Below, in pieces: positions 61,317 to 64,000 of a DNA stretch of 64,000 bases; within the stretch, counting starts at the first letter, position 1; each line of letters opens with the position of its first letter. The translations under genes and the position numbers were made by a program. The stretch is taken from the NCBI GenBank assembly GCA_019744995.1, contig JAIETQ010000022.1, forward strand, positions 3,543 to 67,542. The letters are read 5' to 3'. Below the pieces are notes generated by a model. That model made no database searches, was not told the DNA's origin, and was given only the letters and a program-made list of their open reading frames with translations. Origin of the DNA: Amoebophilaceae bacterium. GTDB lineage: Bacteria; Bacteroidota; Bacteroidia; Cytophagales; Amoebophilaceae.

Positions 61317-62337
61317 TTATTTACTATTAGTTACCGCTCTTGAAGAACCAGATCCCATTTATGACGCTATAGCTTGTCTGCAGAAAACATCGTACATAAA
61401 TGCATATGCTCGGGATGAGGATGGTAATACCCAATTGCATAGGTTATTTAATGACAAAGATATTGAACATGTAAAGCTTGTGTCCATTAATTTATTATTT
61501 GCGTTTTTTAATAAAATGGGATTCATTAACATTAAGAATAAACATGGGGACACATCGTTACATCTTGCACTTAAGGCTAAGGAGGTACAATATGACCTCG
61601 TTAAATGTTTAGTAGCGCAAGGGGAAGATGTATCCATAAGGGATGCTGCTCATTATGCTGCTATAGATTATGCCAGCAAGCAGGGGCATAAGGAAATTGT
61701 TGAATTATCGATTAACCAGCTAAGCAAGCATGCATGTACAGAAATAAGTTGTAACGCTTGCTTGTCCGTCTTGGAATCTGCCTTGGCGTGTGCCATTAGT
61801 GGTGGACATAGCGCTATTATTGAATTGCTTGTTGATAATGATATAGTAAATCTACATACTAACAACAAGATGCTGTTTTATGCCTTTTGTGCCTTGCTTG
61901 AGCTGCCCCCTAATAGCCTTCCTTTTTTTCAGTCGCCTTTTCCTGAAAGTACAGCCCATTTACTGCTGCATAAATTGTTGAATAGCCACTATCTATATAT
62001 AAATCAGAAGGATGATAGTAGCGGTTTTACTGTGTTGCAACTTGCCATTAAGTATGGTCATACAGCAATTGTTGAGTTATTGCTTAAACATTTGGTTCAA
62101 GTGAGTCCTGGAGTAATCAATGAAAAAGGTCCTAAAGGCATGACTGCGTTGCATTTGGCATCCTCAAATGGACATGTCGATGTGGTTAAATGGTTACTTG
62201 ATACCAACTGGATAGATATACAAGCAAGAGATACAGATGGTTATTCAGCCTTGGATCTTGCCAAAAGAGCTAAACATCAGCAGGTGGTTGATTTATTAAG
62301 ACCTTATACTCCATCCTCTTCTTGTACAATTTCATGA
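61306..62337 (+). CDS. ankyrin-repeat protein
   Basis: Several ANK repeats (G.T.LH.A...GH..VV..LL). The C-terminal repeats are near consensus. Confidence 0.8.
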   Translation: MLHDYLLLVTALEEPDPIYDAIACLQKTSYINAYARDEDGNTQLHRLFNDKDIEHVKLVSINLLFAFFNKMGFINIKNKHGDTSLHLALKAKEVQYDLVKCLVAQGEDVSIRDAAHYAAIDYASKQGHKEIVELSINQLSKHACTEISCNACLSVLESALACAISGGHSAIIELLVDNDIVNLHTNNKMLFYAFCALLELPPNSLPFFQSPFPESTAHLLLHKLLNSHYLYINQKDDSSGFTVLQLAIKYGHTAIVELLLKHLVQVSPGVINEKGPKGMTALHLASSNGHVDVVKWLLDTNWIDIQARDTDGYSALDLAKRAKHQQVVDLLRPYTPSSSCTIS

Positions 62338-62477
62338 ACCCCTTGGCATTACATCAGATGGTTTACAAGGATAAAATGATGGATTTGGTTTTTATCTAAA
62401 ATAATATTAATTTAGTTAGTCTATTATTTAGCTAAAAATATTTTTAGTTTTAAAACGTTAACTTTTGTTAAGAATTT

Positions 62478-62792
62478 ATGTATGCCATTGTAGAAATTGC
62501 TGGAAAGCAATTTAAAATTTGTAAAGATCAAAAAGTATATACACCCAAGTTGCCCAATGAGGTAGGTGCTTGTTTTACCCTAGATAAGGTTTTGCTTTTA
62601 GATGATGAAGCAGGAGGAGTAGCTGTTGGTTTGCCTACCTTAGAGGGGGTAACAGTTACCGCTAAAGTGTTGCAGCATGCTAAGGCAGATAAAATAATCG
62701 TTTTTAAGAAAAAACGAAGAAATGGTTATAAAGTAAAACGAGGGCATCGTCAGGATTATACAAAGATTATCATTGAAGATATTATAAAGTAA
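62478..62792 (+). CDS. rplU: 50S ribosomal protein L21
   Basis: 104 aa (MYAIVEI.GKQ.K.......Y..KL). Conserved rplU-rpmA pair. Confidence 0.9.
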   Translation: MYAIVEIAGKQFKICKDQKVYTPKLPNEVGACFTLDKVLLLDDEAGGVAVGLPTLEGVTVTAKVLQHAKADKIIVFKKKRRNGYKVKRGHRQDYTKIIIEDIIK

Positions 62793-62802
62793 AGTAACGG
62801 TT

Positions 62803-63057
62803 ATGGCACATAAGAAGGGAGCCGGTAGTTCTAGAAACGGAAGAGATTCAGAAAGTAAACGGCTCGGCATTAAAAAATATGGAGGTGAGCAGGTGCTCGC
62901 TGGCCATATACTGGTTCGACAGCGGGGTACTCGTTATCACCCTGGTCAAAATGTTGGTTTAGGAAGAGATCATACTTTATTTGCTTTGACGAGTGGAGTT
63001 GTTGTTTTTAAAAAAAAGAAAGATAAACGATCTTTTGTTTTGGTTAAAGCTGTTTAA
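62803..63057 (+). CDS. rpmA: 50S ribosomal protein L27
   Basis: [22 protein letters not shown]......I.VRQRGT..HPG.NVG.G.DHTLFA. Confidence 0.95.
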   Translation: MAHKKGAGSSRNGRDSESKRLGIKKYGGEQVLAGHILVRQRGTRYHPGQNVGLGRDHTLFALTSGVVVFKKKKDKRSFVLVKAV

Positions 63058-63063
63058 GTCTGC

Positions 63064-63080
63064 ACCCCTGCGGGGTTTTC
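63064..63080 (+). terminator. possible short rho-independent terminator after rpmA
   Basis: ACCCC-tgc-GGGGT hairpin followed by TTTC. The stem is short, so this is tentative. Confidence 0.4.
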
Positions 63081-63136
63081 TATACAGTAGTTTGAGAATA
63101 ATAATTGCGAACGAGATTCGCTAAAAAAATAGCATT

Positions 63137-63478
63137 ATGGCAGTAAAAATAAGATTGGCTAGGAGAGGAAGAAAGTATTTAGCAGAGTATGATATTGTTG
63201 TGGCTGATGCAAGAGCTCCACGAGATGGTCGTTTTATAGAAAAAATTGGTAATTATAATCCTAATATCAAGCCCTCATTTATTAAGCTTGATGAAGCAAG
63301 TGCTTTAAAATGGCTTTCCCAAGGGGCTCAGCCTACTGATACGGTAAGAAGTATTTTATCTAAACAAGGGGTAATGTTTAGAAAGCATCTTCAAGTGGGT
63401 GTCCTTAAAAAAGCCATTACGCAGGAGCAAGCAGATGAAAGATTTAATAAATGGAAGGCGGAAAAAGCAGAAAAATAG
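63137..63478 (+). CDS. rpsP: 30S ribosomal protein S16
   Basis: [12 protein letters not shown]....[21 protein letters not shown]. Confidence 0.9.
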   Translation: MAVKIRLARRGRKYLAEYDIVVADARAPRDGRFIEKIGNYNPNIKPSFIKLDEASALKWLSQGAQPTDTVRSILSKQGVMFRKHLQVGVLKKAITQEQADERFNKWKAEKAEK

Positions 63479-63510
63479 GGTTAAAATAATATAAATTAAA
63501 TATAGATTGT

Positions 63511-63756
63511 ATGGATAGTGAAGAGATAAAAGTTAGACTACTACCTATTATAGTAGAAAAGTTAAATGTATCTTCTGAAGAGGTAATTCCTAGTGCACAT
63601 TTTTCCAATGACTTAGGTGCAGATTCTTTAGATCAAGTAGAGTTGGTTATGGAATTAGAAAAAGAGTTTAATTTGCACATAGATGATGAGCAAGCTGCTG
63701 CTTTACAAACAGTAGGAAATGTAATGGAGTATCTAGAGAAAGCACTTAACAAGTAA
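63511..63756 (+). CDS. acpP: acyl carrier protein
   Basis: 81 aa with the phosphopantetheine attachment motif LGADSLD.VELVMELE.EF. Confidence 0.9.
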   Translation: MDSEEIKVRLLPIIVEKLNVSSEEVIPSAHFSNDLGADSLDQVELVMELEKEFNLHIDDEQAAALQTVGNVMEYLEKALNK

Positions 63757-63782
63757 AGATTTTCCTCTTTTTCCGAGCAGAT

Positions 63783-64000
63783 ATGTCAGATACTAGAATA
63801 GTTATTACAGGACTAGGTGCCCTTACTCCTATTGGGACTAATGTTCCAGCCTACTGGGAAGGTTTACTTGCTGGTAAGAGTGGCGCAGCTCCTATAACTA
63901 GGTTTGATACCTCTAAACATCAAACAAAATTTGCTTGTGAGCTTAAAGGATATGATGCCTATGCTTACTTTAACCCCAAGGAGGTTAAGCGGATGGATCT
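63783..64000 (+). CDS. fabF: 3-oxoacyl-ACP synthase II (5' partial, runs off the window)
   Basis: R.VITG.G..TP.G......W..L..G.SG...IT.FD.S.......A.E.K.....Y......KRMD follows acpP as usual. Confidence 0.85.
   Translation, partial: MSDTRIVITGLGALTPIGTNVPAYWEGLLAGKSGAAPITRFDTSKHQTKFACELKGYDAYAYFNPKEVKRMD

Noticed and set aside
54538-62870. Short ORFs antisense to uvrA, the hypothetical genes, the 61.3-kb ankyrin gene and rplU. Examples are 54538-54726, 55336-55581, 56290-56502, 57422-57784, 59617-59985, 61359-61868 and 62640-62870.
   Set aside because: Same reasoning as the previous entry: shadow ORFs of real genes.

Overview
This 64-kb window looks like an AT-rich, reduced genome of an intracellular Bacteroidota symbiont. 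My inference from gene content is an Amoebophilaceae-like lineage (Candidatus Amoebophilus / Cardinium); that is recollection, not a search result. The backbone is housekeeping: rplS, infB, nusA, a SEDS protein, tamB-like, ftsA-ftsZ, priA, mtaB, prfB with its programmed +1 frameshift, groES-groEL, rnr, uvrA, lspA, mnmA, rplU-rpmA, rpsP, acpP-fabF, tRNA-Thr and tRNA-His. Host-interaction and accessory genes are interleaved: five ankyrin-repeat genes, an ATP/ADP translocase next to a possible mitochondrial-carrier-like protein, a patatin-like lipase and several lipoproteins. Gene decay is widespread: a pyrG remnant, a truncated RelA/SpoT, an interrupted orphan toxin and assorted gene fragments. 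The most unusual region is a block of about 7 kb (roughly 40.3-47.2 kb) whose content is alphaproteobacterial and Rickettsia-like. It carries a HIG1-type small protein, a parE N-terminus, ppdK, nuoA-nuoB-nuoC, a virB9-like fragment and a ProP-like fragment, plus three palindromic elements that I recognise as Rickettsia-palindromic-element (RPE)-like. This is either inter-phylum DNA transfer between intracellular bacteria or an assembly chimera. Other notable items are an ORF-less group II intron of about 790 nt (24.7-25.5 kb, minus strand) directly upstream of a toxin gene with an in-frame stop, a second intron 3' fragment (38.1 kb), and a GC-rich palindromic intergenic repeat of about 120-140 bp present twice in opposite orientation. 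No CRISPR array, rRNA gene or recognisable prophage was seen. All homology calls come from reading the translations by eye and need database confirmation.
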